Assembly: GCA_016219075.1 (NCBI GenBank)
Contig: JACRCJ010000286.1
Coordinates: 27,528 to 91,527, forward strand
Length of the DNA stretch: 64,000 bases
Reading direction: 5' to 3'
DNA from: Deltaproteobacteria bacterium
GTDB taxonomy: Bacteria; Desulfobacterota; GWC2-55-46
Part shown: positions 26,976-35,754 of the stretch, piece after piece
Position numbering within the stretch: position 1 is the stretch's first letter
Layout: every line of letters begins with the position of its first letter
Translations under genes and position numbers: made by a program
The notes under the pieces: model-generated
What the model saw: the letters and a program-made list of their open reading frames with translations, nothing else
What the model was told of the DNA's origin: nothing
The model's database searches: none

Positions 26976-29900
26976 ATGTGCCTGTTCCTTATCCACCTCC
27001 TTGCGGGCGTAAGCCGCGCATATCAGGGGGACGGCATGATTGGGGACGCTAACGCCTACGCGCAGGGAGAAAACAATTACATCTCGGGCGAAGGCGGCGC
27101 GGGCAACGCAGGCTTCAAGTCCCCTGACGATATCTGCAGGGAGAAAAACCTTTCCATCGAGCAGTGCCAGTCTTTAAAGGACAGGATACTCGGCTCCGGG
27201 CTCAAGGACGAAGAGCTGTTAAAGAGTGCGCCCGAGCTGAAGGACCTGAAGCCGGAGGAGCTGATTAAAGGGAAAGAGCTCCTTAAAAAAAGAAGGACGG
27301 ACGACGAGGCACGGGCGGAGAAAAACCAGCCGCGTAAAAATGACCTTGACGAGACGCCTGAAGATGAGGATACCTCGCTTTTCGACAGGTACCTGGCCGA
27401 TACACCGGCGCACGAGGTGGAGCTTAAGCTCAAACCTTTCGGGTACGGCCTTTTTACAAGGCCGTTACAAAGGCCCAACCAGGACCTGCCCGTGGCGTCC
27501 GACTACGTTATAGGCCCTGGAGATGAGATCGGGGTCAACGTCTGGGGGAGGCTCAGCGGGCAGTACAGCCTTGTGGTAAGCAGGGAGGGGACGGTGCAGT
27601 TCCCGAACATCGGCCCGCTTACGGTGGCCGGCATGACATTCGAAGAGATGAAGAAGTTCCTCAAGAGGCAGTCGTCGAACATAATCGGCACTGACATAAA
27701 CATCACCATGGGGAAACTCCGGGGCATACAGGTCTTCGTCCTCGGGGAGGTGAAAAAACCAGGCGCCTACACCTTGAGCGGCATGTCCACGATAACCAAC
27801 GCGCTCATGGCCGCCGGAGGGCCTTCGAACATAGGCACGCTCAGAAGGATCGAGCTCAAGAGGGCGAACAGGACCATCTCGGCACTTGATTTCTACGACC
27901 TCCTGCAAAAAGGCGACAAATCGAACGACATGAGGCTCCAGAGCGGCGACGTCGTCTTCGTGCCGACGGTAGGCCCCCTCGTCGGCATAGCCGGGAACGT
28001 GAAAAGGCCCGCCATCTACGAGCTTAAGGACTCGACCGACCTCGTGGGAGCGCTCGAACTCGCAGGAGGGATAATCCCGACGGCATACGCTCAGCAGGTA
28101 CAGATAGAACGCGTGGAAGGCAACTCGCGCAGGACCATCGCCGACATAAACGCCTCCGGCAAGGACGCCCCCGGCTCCTTCATGCTCCAGGACGCGGACC
28201 TCGTCAAGGTATTCTCCATATTCGACAAGGACTCGAACGCGGTCTATGTCTACGGGAACGTAAAGAGGCCGGGCAAGTTCGAGCTTAAAAAAGGCATGCG
28301 CCTCAGGGACATAATAAGGGACGAGAACGACCTCTTGAAGGAGACCTACTTCGATTACGGGCTTGTAAAGAGGCTTATACCGCCGTCGATGGAAGTAAAG
28401 CTCATGCCGTTCAACCTCGGAAGCATGCTTTTCAAAGGCTCGGACGCCGACAATATCGAGCTATCCTACAGGGACGCGGTTTATATATTTCCGAAGAGGC
28501 TCTTCGAGGACAGAAAGACCGTCCGCATAGAGGGGGAGGTCAGGTGCGCGTATATGAAGCTCGATAAGAAGGCCCCTGAGGAATGCGACGCGAAAGACGG
28601 GCGCGGGTGCCCTGCCGCGGAGAATGAAAAGGCGGACAAGACGCCCCAGGGGCCGGCAACAAATATTTTACCGAAGGACAACGGCAAAAAGGAAGAACAA
28701 CCCTCTCAGGCGGCGACTTCAGCAGCGGCCCTGCAAGAGGCCAAAAAGGCCGTTGAGAAAGGCGCTGATGAGCCCGCAAAGGAAAACAACTGGGAAAAGA
28801 AGTTTGAGCAGAAAAGCGAAACAAAGCCCGTGAAAGCGGCCGGGGAGGCGCAAGGCTGGTGCGAGTTCGAGCTTGAGAAGGACCTGAGCGTAAAGGACCT
28901 GGTGCTACGCGCGGGCGGCCTTACCAGGGACGCCTCCCTGGAAGACTTCGAGCTCTACAGGACAGACCCCTCGACGAAAGAGGCGGTCCTGCAGAAGTTC
29001 AACCTCAAAAAGGCGATGGAAGGCGACAGGGGCGAGAACGTCTACCTCGCGGACCAGGACAGGGTCGTCATCCACTCGGTCTGGGAGAAGGTGCCCAAGC
29101 AATACCTGACCATAAAGGGCGAGGTCACAAAGCCGGGGCAGTACCCGTTCGCGGCGAACATGAGGGTAAGCGACCTCGTCTTCGCGGCGGGCAGCCTCCT
29201 TGAATCGAGCTACTCGGAGGCCGAGCTCGCCTCGCACACGGTCATAGACGGCGAACTCTCCCTCGTGAGCTACAAGGCGGTGAATCTGCGCGGGGCGATG
29301 TCCGGGCTCGAGACGGATAACGTAAGGCTCAAGCCCTACGACACCCTCTTCATAAAAAAGATCCCGGACTGGAGGGAGGAGAGGTTCGTAACGGTCGCCG
29401 GCGAGGTGCGCTTCCCCGGCAGGTACATAATAAAAAAGGGCGAGAGGCTCAGCTCGCTTATCGACAGGGCCGGCGGGTTTACTGACAAGTCATACCTGAA
29501 GGGCGCGGTCTTCCGCAGGGAATCCGTAAGGCAGATGCAGCAGAGGAACCTCGATGAGTCGATAAGCAGGCTTGAGCGTACCATGCTGTCGCAGTCCTCC
29601 ATAAACATAGAAAAATCGGTCACGCCGGAGGCCGCGAAGCAGCAGGAGATGGCGATGGAACAGAGAAAGACGCTTATAGCCAAGATGAGGGAAGTTAAGC
29701 CCAGGGGGAGGATAGTGGTGAGCCTGGCGCCTTCCGACAATCTCAGGGGCAGCCCTTACGACGTGATACTCGAGGACAACGACTTCCTCGAAGTGCCGGA
29801 GAGGTCGTCGGTAGTGAACGTTTCCGGCTCCATAATCAACCCGACCTCGTTCGTCTACGACCCCGGGACAAGCGTATCGTCCTATATCTCCAAGTCCGGC

Positions 29901-30179
29901 GGCACGACAGAGCTTGCCGACAAGGACAGGACGTACGTTATAAAGGCGGACGGCTCATCGTTAAGCCCTGACGCGCTCAGCAGCTGGACCAACTTCGATT
30001 GGAACGAGTCCACGAAGAGCTGGGAGGCGGGCTCGTACTCCGCCAAGCTTGAGCCCGGCGATACCATCGTGGTGCCGGAGCAGATAGAGAGGGTAGCGTG
30101 GCTCAGGGAGATAAAGGACGTAACGCAGATACTCTACCAGATAGCGGTTACGGCAGGGGTGATAATCGTTGCGTTTTAA
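26976..30179 (+). CDS. giant OPX/Wza-like outer-membrane polysaccharide export protein (Poly_export plus multiple SLBB domains, ~1067 aa)
   Basis: Signal peptide MCLFLIHLLAGVSRA. PES motif region VIGPGDEIGVNVWGR. Repeated SLBB-like blocks (VYVYGNVKRPGKFEL, VTIKGEVTKPGQY, VTVAGEVRFPGRYII). Low-complexity Lys/Glu/Ala-rich insert ~28560-28860. Hydrophobic C-terminal helix. The true start is probably the ATG at 26976, because the track ORF start at 26832 lies inside a repeated noncoding element. Confidence 0.7.
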   Translation: MCLFLIHLLAGVSRAYQGDGMIGDANAYAQGENNYISGEGGAGNAGFKSPDDICREKNLSIEQCQSLKDRILGSGLKDEELLKSAPELKDLKPEELIKGKELLKKRRTDDEARAEKNQPRKNDLDETPEDEDTSLFDRYLADTPAHEVELKLKPFGYGLFTRPLQRPNQDLPVASDYVIGPGDEIGVNVWGRLSGQYSLVVSREGTVQFPNIGPLTVAGMTFEEMKKFLKRQSSNIIGTDINITMGKLRGIQVFVLGEVKKPGAYTLSGMSTITNALMAAGGPSNIGTLRRIELKRANRTISALDFYDLLQKGDKSNDMRLQSGDVVFVPTVGPLVGIAGNVKRPAIYELKDSTDLVGALELAGGIIPTAYAQQVQIERVEGNSRRTIADINASGKDAPGSFMLQDADLVKVFSIFDKDSNAVYVYGNVKRPGKFELKKGMRLRDIIRDENDLLKETYFDYGLVKRLIPPSMEVKLMPFNLGSMLFKGSDADNIELSYRDAVYIFPKRLFEDRKTVRIEGEVRCAYMKLDKKAPEECDAKDGRGCPAAENEKADKTPQGPATNILPKDNGKKEEQPSQAATSAAALQEAKKAVEKGADEPAKENNWEKKFEQKSETKPVKAAGEAQGWCEFELEKDLSVKDLVLRAGGLTRDASLEDFELYRTDPSTKEAVLQKFNLKKAMEGDRGENVYLADQDRVVIHSVWEKVPKQYLTIKGEVTKPGQYPFAANMRVSDLVFAAGSLLESSYSEAELASHTVIDGELSLVSYKAVNLRGAMSGLETDNVRLKPYDTLFIKKIPDWREERFVTVAGEVRFPGRYIIKKGERLSSLIDRAGGFTDKSYLKGAVFRRESVRQMQQRNLDESISRLERTMLSQSSINIEKSVTPEAAKQQEMAMEQRKTLIAKMREVKPRGRIVVSLAPSDNLRGSPYDVILEDNDFLEVPERSSVVNVSGSIINPTSFVYDPGTSVSSYISKSGGTTELADKDRTYVIKADGSSLSPDALSSWTNFDWNESTKSWEAGSYSAKLEPGDTIVVPEQIERVAWLREIKDVTQILYQIAVTAGVIIVAF

Positions 30180-31851
30180 AAGAGCCCTCCCCAATGCCGC
30201 CGTCATAGCTCTTTTTATCGTTTTTTCAGCTGCGCAGGCCCATGCCTCAGCGCCCGGCAAGGACAACTGGGCACGGTGGGAGATATGGAGCTGGAAGGAC
30301 GTGGCCCTGGGCAACGTAACGACCAATCTCGACTCCGGGGGTGGAAGTGACGAAGGAGGCGGCATCGGCGGCAAGGCCGGGTGGGGGCGCGGCGGCAGCG
30401 CCTCCGCGAACGTGCCCGTGGGGAGCCGGGTCTATGAGTGCCTGGAGCGGCTTGAACTGGACGGCCTCATAAAGACCGGGCTTCTTTCCACCAGGCCCAT
30501 AAGCCGCGCCGAGGGCGCGAGGCTCACGTCCGAGGCTGAACGGAGGTTCGAGGCCCTGCCTGAGCAGTTGAAGCAGAGAAAGAGCCGCGCGAGGGCCGAT
30601 ATCCAGAGGTTAAAGACAATGTTCAGGGAAGAGCTCGGCGGGGGGAGCCCGGCCGTACTGGTCAAACCCGCCGACCGCATCTATCTCGAATACCTCTACA
30701 GCTCGAAAACACCGGTCTTTCCCAACGTGAACAATAACGGCGACGAGTTCAGGAAGGGCGCTAACCTGAGGCTCGGCACGGATACCGCCGTAAAGCTCTT
30801 CAACAGGGCCTCTCTTTACCTGAACCCGGAGTTCAGGCTTTCAGACGATACGCCCTCGGGAAAGCTCCTGCAAGGGTATCTGACCTTCGACCTTGCGGGT
30901 GTGGAGCTCGAGGCGGGCAGGGACTCGATGTGGTGGGGGGCGGGGTATCACGGGGACCTCCTTCTGACCAACAACGCCGCGCCGTTCGACATGATAAAGG
31001 TCTCCTCGGCAAGGCCGGTGCTGCTGCCGTGGAAGCTCAAGTACCTCGGGCTTTTCAAGCCGACATTTTTCCTTACCCACCTTGAGAAGGACAGGGACTT
31101 CCCGAGGGCGAGCCTCCTCGGGATGAGGCTCGATTTCAAGCCTACCCCGAGGTTCCAGATAGCCCTCAACAGGGTCTTCATCTTCGGAGGCGAGGGGAGG
31201 CGGAGCCTGAACCTGGGCGAATGGGCGAAGGTGTTCTTCGTCTCAGACAGCGCCGACCACGCGGACTCGCCCATAAACGGCGACCAGCTCGCCTCCATAG
31301 ACGCCTCATACGTCTACGCAAGCGAAAACAGCTACATCCCTTTCTCCGGGTTGAAGCTCTACACCGAGTGGGGGGCCGAGGACTCCTCTGGACACACAAA
31401 AACGCCAACCGGCCGGGCGAACCTCTACGGGGTCTTTGTAAGCGGCCCCTTCTGGATGCCTGATGTGGACCTCAGGGTCGAATGGGCTAACACGGCGCGG
31501 AACGCCAGGTACGGCCCGCTCTGGTACGAGCACGGGGTCTACACGGACGGGTACAGGTACAACGGCCTGGTCATAGGCCACCACATGGGGGGCGACGCGC
31601 AGGACCTTTTCTTAAGGGCTCAGTACCACGGAGATAACGGAAAACAGATAGGCGTGGAGTACGACACAGAAAGGTCGGGTATACACGGCTCATCCGTAAC
31701 CAAAAAGAAGTGGCTTGGTGTGGACGTGACATATCCCTTGAAGACGGACATCTCTGTACAGGGGAATTACGGGATGGAGGTGGTCAAGTCCGATAACTCG
31801 GAGCCGGTCAAGGGCTTTACAGTCGGGGTAAAGATGGCGTGGGAGTTCTGA
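30169..31851 (+). CDS. outer-membrane beta-barrel protein, Wzi/Wzp-like partner of the OPX exporter
   Basis: Signal peptide ending AQAHA. Alternating hydrophobic beta-strand pattern throughout. C-terminal aromatic residue (…MAWEF). Overlaps the wza-like stop by 11 nt. Confidence 0.5.
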   Translation: MRFKRALPNAAVIALFIVFSAAQAHASAPGKDNWARWEIWSWKDVALGNVTTNLDSGGGSDEGGGIGGKAGWGRGGSASANVPVGSRVYECLERLELDGLIKTGLLSTRPISRAEGARLTSEAERRFEALPEQLKQRKSRARADIQRLKTMFREELGGGSPAVLVKPADRIYLEYLYSSKTPVFPNVNNNGDEFRKGANLRLGTDTAVKLFNRASLYLNPEFRLSDDTPSGKLLQGYLTFDLAGVELEAGRDSMWWGAGYHGDLLLTNNAAPFDMIKVSSARPVLLPWKLKYLGLFKPTFFLTHLEKDRDFPRASLLGMRLDFKPTPRFQIALNRVFIFGGEGRRSLNLGEWAKVFFVSDSADHADSPINGDQLASIDASYVYASENSYIPFSGLKLYTEWGAEDSSGHTKTPTGRANLYGVFVSGPFWMPDVDLRVEWANTARNARYGPLWYEHGVYTDGYRYNGLVIGHHMGGDAQDLFLRAQYHGDNGKQIGVEYDTERSGIHGSSVTKKKWLGVDVTYPLKTDISVQGNYGMEVVKSDNSEPVKGFTVGVKMAWEF

Positions 31852-32062
31852 TCGTTGCCGTGAGCCTTAAAAAAATATTGACAACCCTGCCCTTATCTGA
31901 GAATATTATTGACTATGGTAATCTGAAACGCTTGGGGTGTCACACCGGGCGCAAAGGTACCTGGGCAGGTTTTGAAAAAAAGAATAAGGCCGTTAGTGTT
32001 ACAAGACCGCGCCTGCATACTTGATAGAGTACCTCAAGTTAGTCCAGCAACCCTTCAAAAAA

Positions 32063-32068
32063 TATAAT
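32063..32068 (+). promoter_or_regulatory. putative -10 hexamer (TATAAT) for tRNA-Arg
   Basis: Perfect TATAAT 10 nt upstream of the mature tRNA 5' end, in an AT-rich leader. The -35 is weak (TTAGTC). Confidence 0.35.
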
Positions 32069-32077
32069 CTTTCCTTA

Positions 32078-32154
32078 GCCCCCGTAGCTCAGATGGATAG
32101 AGCAACGGATTCCTAATCCGTGTGCCGGACGTTCGAATCGTCTCGGGGGCGCCA
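32078..32154 (+). tRNA. tRNA-Arg (anticodon CCT, decodes AGG)
   Basis: Cloverleaf folds by eye. Acceptor GCCCCCG/CGGGGGC, D-arm GCTC-AGATGGATA-GAGC, anticodon arm ACGGA-TTCCTAA-TCCGT (CCT at 34-36), T-arm GGACG-TTCGAAT-CGTCT, discriminator G, encoded CCA. TATAAT at 32063-32068 sits 10 nt upstream. Confidence 0.85.
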
Positions 32155-32370
32155 TTTTTTCCTTAACATCCGTTAGCGGCAAAGTTATACATCCACCAAG
32201 AAAAACTTTCATTCGTGCGCTCGGCGGAAGGTACGCCCTTTTAAAAGCGCATCAAATGAGCTGTATAAAAGGCAAGGACCTTGCCGGCGATCCCCGCCAT
32301 TTAAGGCGAGGTAATTCAATTCTGATATAATGAAAGGGATATGTGAAAACTCTTTCAGGAGGGCCCTTAA

Positions 32371-32604
32371 ATGGCTGTCGAGGCGTATGTCTTTATCGAA
32401 TGCGAGCACGCGAGGTCAAAGGAGGTCCTTGATGCCCTCGTGAAGATAGGCGGGGTCAGGGACGCAAGGATAGTGACGGGCCCTTACGACCTCATAGCGC
32501 TTGTAGCCGCGTCGAACTTCAAGGTACTGGGAGACGTGGTCATAAGCAAGATACAGTCTATCAACTATGTCAAGAGGACCCTTACGAACGTAATCATCGA
32601 TTAA
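32371..32604 (+). CDS. stand-alone Lrp/AsnC ligand-binding (RAM) domain protein, 77 aa
   Basis: YVFIECEHARSKEVLDALVKIGGVRDARIVTGPYDLIALV matches the AsnC_trans_reg/RAM beta-alpha-beta-beta-alpha-beta fold signature. No HTH present. TGATATAATG -10-like sequence at ~32324 and a CAGGAGGG RBS. Confidence 0.6.
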   Translation: MAVEAYVFIECEHARSKEVLDALVKIGGVRDARIVTGPYDLIALVAASNFKVLGDVVISKIQSINYVKRTLTNVIID

Positions 32605-32643
32605 GCCCGTTCACAATCCACTTCAGGCCCCACACACGAACAG

Positions 32644-32680
32644 GGATCAGTTGCTCTACCATCTGAGAGCTATAAGACTT
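32644..32680 (-). pseudogene. tRNA-like fragment (inverted partial copy of a tRNA 5' half/D-arm, resembling tRNA-Arg positions ~8-40)
   Basis: Minus strand reads TAGCTCTCAGATGGTAGAGCAACTGATCCC, versus tRNA-Arg TAGCTCAGATGGATAGAGCAACGGATTCC. No complete cloverleaf can be drawn. Confidence 0.4.
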
Positions 32681-32826
32681 TAGAGCGGGGCAGGGGATTA
32701 GGTGCGAGTATGTTTGCCGGCAGGGACTTGCGGCGCTGAGTCTGGTATGGATAAGTGCGTTATGGTTTTTTGCCCGGCCGTGGTTTTTGACGCAGGCGAA
32801 TGGCGCTAACCGAGGGGCCGGAAGCC

Positions 32827-33693
32827 TCAGTTGTAATACGCCCTTATCTGGTCCTTCAAGCCGTCAACGGTCTCGCTTATCTCCTTCAGGGCCTCTCCCT
32901 TGAGATTGAGGGACTTGAGGAAAAAGGCGTGGTCAGGGGAAATGACGGTGTATTTTGAAGTAAGGGAGTTGCCGTCGGAGACTATCAGGTCCGCCAGGTA
33001 GACCATGGGCACGAGGCATGAAAGATGCCTTTCAGCGGCCTCCATGTGCAGGCGGTATGTCTCCGGGTCGTGATGATACCTGATGGCGGCTACGCAGTCC
33101 TCCGGCAGCTTGCACTTGTCCGCGAACCACGCGCCCGCCTCCGGGTGCGCCGCGCCGAACGACTCCTCTTCGAGGACAATGAGCCCGGCCGAATCAGGGG
33201 CCGATACCTCGAGGTAATTCTTCCCGTGGACCTGGAATATTATGGGCCTGCCGATATCGTGAAGCAGCCCGGCGAGGAAGGCCGTGTCCTTGCTGATAAG
33301 GCCGGTCTTTTGCGCCAGGAGGGTCGATGTCAGCGCCACTTCGAAGGAATGCTGCCATATAGCCGCGACGTCGTTACGCCTGTCCCCGGAAATGCCCTTG
33401 AAGACCACCATCGATATGGCAAGCCCCTTGACCATCTCGAACCCGAGGACGAGTATCGCCTGCGAAATGGATGATATCTTTCTCGGGAACCCGTAGAAGA
33501 CCGCGTTCGAGATACCCACTATCCTTAAGGCAAGCGCCTGGTCATGCTCTATTACGGCCTCGAGGTCGGTGACCGATGAATTGCCGCTCCCGGTTATCTC
33601 CATTATCTTTTTCAATACAGAGGGTATGGAGGATATCTTTACCAGCTCGTTTATCTTCGCTCTCAACGCCTCTTTACGGTCATCGAACATCAT
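32827..33693 (-). CDS. HDOD domain-containing signalling protein
   Basis: PSVLKKIMEITGSGNSSVTDLEAVIEHDQALALRIV...LGFEMVKGLAIS...LLHDIGRPI is the HDOD (HD-related output domain) pattern. Confidence 0.65.
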   Translation of the reverse strand: MMFDDRKEALRAKINELVKISSIPSVLKKIMEITGSGNSSVTDLEAVIEHDQALALRIVGISNAVFYGFPRKISSISQAILVLGFEMVKGLAISMVVFKGISGDRRNDVAAIWQHSFEVALTSTLLAQKTGLISKDTAFLAGLLHDIGRPIIFQVHGKNYLEVSAPDSAGLIVLEEESFGAAHPEAGAWFADKCKLPEDCVAAIRYHHDPETYRLHMEAAERHLSCLVPMVYLADLIVSDGNSLTSKYTVISPDHAFFLKSLNLKGEALKEISETVDGLKDQIRAYYN

Positions 33694-34027
33694 TTTTTCC
33701 CTAAAATCATTTTTATTTATCCGGATTTCGGCCCTGATACCTATTTATCGGTAATGGGCAATTAAACTTTACTTCTTTTTGAGCCGTAAAAACCTTGTAA
33801 AACAAACACTTTAAAATGCGTCCCTCCGGAATGCGCGGCAGGGGATAGGAACAGTTATTTTCTTATATATTTGAGCCATCCGTCTCTATTATATGGTTAC
33901 AAAGTTCTCATAGTCATAGCTGAAAAATATCAATGCCGGGCCTGTAAAGGCTTGTGTTAGCAGGGCATACTGTGTTAAAAAAGGACGGGAAAACAACCCG
34001 CTTAGCCGTTTCCCTTTTTTCAAACCG

Positions 34028-35497
34028 ATGGGCTATCTTAAATCCCGTTTCACTTTATCCATAATAATCTTTCTGCTCGTCTTGGCGGCGTCCGGATATT
34101 CGTTCATGAAAAACCGCCAGTTGGGGCACCTCGGGGGCATGACCGATGAGTGGTTCGACCTCGGGATCAACATATCCGTATTCGGCGAGTATTCGATCGG
34201 CGGCGTCGACCCGGTCGTATTCAGACCTCCGGGATACCCGTTTTTCGTGGCCGGGATAGCAGACGTCTTCGCCGGACGGCACGACCTGAGGGTGATAGAC
34301 ACCGACGCGAAGTGGGCGGAGTGGAGGGACTTTTCAATAAAGGCCCTGAACTCGCTCTATCTCTCGCAGTGCGTGCTCCTGGCCCTCTCGTCCGTGGCGC
34401 TCTTTCTGTGGGCATCGAGGTACTTCGGCAGGGGAGCGGCATTTTCCGGGGCGCTCCTTTTCGGGGCTAACCCGTATTCAATCGTGCTGACCGGCCTTCT
34501 CCATTACGATATCCTCCATATCTTCCTTATAGTGGTATCCACGTTTCTCCTTACCCTGTTCCTTGAAAACGATAAGAGGCCCGGGGGCAAGATGTTCCTC
34601 GCAGGCGCGGCCTGGGGCATAGCTACGCTCGTGCGCCCGGTCACGCTTACGCTGCCGGTCTTTATCCTCGCGATGCTGTTCATAAAATCAGGCTCGTTAA
34701 GGCGCGCCGCTTACATGACATCCGCTCTCGTCCTTGGGATGGCGCTGGTGGTCCTCCCGTACACGGCCAGAAACTACTCGCTGACCGGGAGGGTCATACC
34801 CGTGAACGCCCAGAGCTGGACCGCGCTGTGGGGCTCGACGGTTACGAAATTTTCGATAAACCCGAACCACTACAACTGGTACAGGGTCTACCCCGACCCG
34901 TACGAGAAGATATTCCAAAGGGCGACGGGCGAGGGGTATACATACGAGGGGCTCATAAGGAATAACATCAAGGTGGAGGACGAATTCAAAAAAAGCGCCA
35001 TCGAGAACCTTAAGAAAAGCCCCGGTACCTATGTCGTCAACTGCCTCACGTCTTTCTTTACACTCAATATCCACATAAACTCGGTCTTCATAAAGGTCTT
35101 CCAGTTCATCCAAAGCCCCGATAACGGGATAGAAAAGGCCTGGTTTGTGCCCGGCGCCGCCCAGGACTTCTATCCGTCTACGGCCTCAAATGCGTTTTCT
35201 TTCCTTGTATACGCGCTTACGGGCTTAAGCCTGTTAGGTCTTTATCTCTCCCTGAAAAAAAAGGACGGCTTCTTCCTTGTGCCGGGGGCGGTCTACCTGG
35301 CCCTGACGGTTTCTCACTCGCTTACTTACTTTGACCTCATGTATTACTATATAAAGATGCCTTTCCTGTTCCTTTTCGCCTTTTACGCGGTCAACGCTCT
35401 CGGGGGATACAGGCTTAAAGGTGTCCCTATCCCGGCCCTCCTGATAATTACTCTACTGGTCTATACCTTCGCCCTCGATATAGCGGTCTTCTATTAA
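34028..35497 (+). CDS. GT-C fold glycosyltransferase, PMT/ArnT (GT39/GT83)-like integral membrane protein
   Basis: ~12 TM helices. RPPGYPFFVAGIADVF loop motif typical of PMT_2/ArnT-like transferases. Confidence 0.55.
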   Translation: MGYLKSRFTLSIIIFLLVLAASGYSFMKNRQLGHLGGMTDEWFDLGINISVFGEYSIGGVDPVVFRPPGYPFFVAGIADVFAGRHDLRVIDTDAKWAEWRDFSIKALNSLYLSQCVLLALSSVALFLWASRYFGRGAAFSGALLFGANPYSIVLTGLLHYDILHIFLIVVSTFLLTLFLENDKRPGGKMFLAGAAWGIATLVRPVTLTLPVFILAMLFIKSGSLRRAAYMTSALVLGMALVVLPYTARNYSLTGRVIPVNAQSWTALWGSTVTKFSINPNHYNWYRVYPDPYEKIFQRATGEGYTYEGLIRNNIKVEDEFKKSAIENLKKSPGTYVVNCLTSFFTLNIHINSVFIKVFQFIQSPDNGIEKAWFVPGAAQDFYPSTASNAFSFLVYALTGLSLLGLYLSLKKKDGFFLVPGAVYLALTVSHSLTYFDLMYYYIKMPFLFLFAFYAVNALGGYRLKGVPIPALLIITLLVYTFALDIAVFY

Positions 35498-35754
35498 CAG
35501 GCCGCTGAAAAAGTCCCTGAACAAATTCCGAGCAGGCTTACGGTTACGCGACACAGGGAGCCTCCTTTTCAGCCTTCCTCCTTTTTCTTCCTGCGTTTCT
35601 TGATGTCGCATAATGGATATTATGTCAAATTGCATATATTTAAGACTGCGTATAAAGGAAATACTGAAATGCTTTGTTTTGTATTGCTTTTCTCCCCTGC
35701 CGATACAGGACGCTGTCGGGGTCGCGTGAGGAAATGTTATGCTGGCTGGCTGTT

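Noticed and set aside
31839-32024. 61-aa ORF (MGVLIVAVSLKKILTTLPLSENIIDYGNLKRLGCHTGRKG...) in the spacer before tRNA-Arg
   Set aside because: It has no RBS, overlaps the presumed tRNA promoter region, and its composition is atypical for this genome's genes. It is probably noncoding.
32209-32409. 66-aa minus-strand ORF overlapping the promoter and start of the RAM-domain gene
   Set aside because: It is antisense to a well-supported small gene and its leader, with no motif or RBS.
32640-32700. Possible second complete tRNA on the minus strand
   Set aside because: Only the D-arm region (TAGCTCTCAGATGGTAGAGCA) is tRNA-like. No anticodon or T-arm can be paired, and the span is too short (~66 nt with a mispaired acceptor). 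It is kept as a tRNA fragment rather than a gene.
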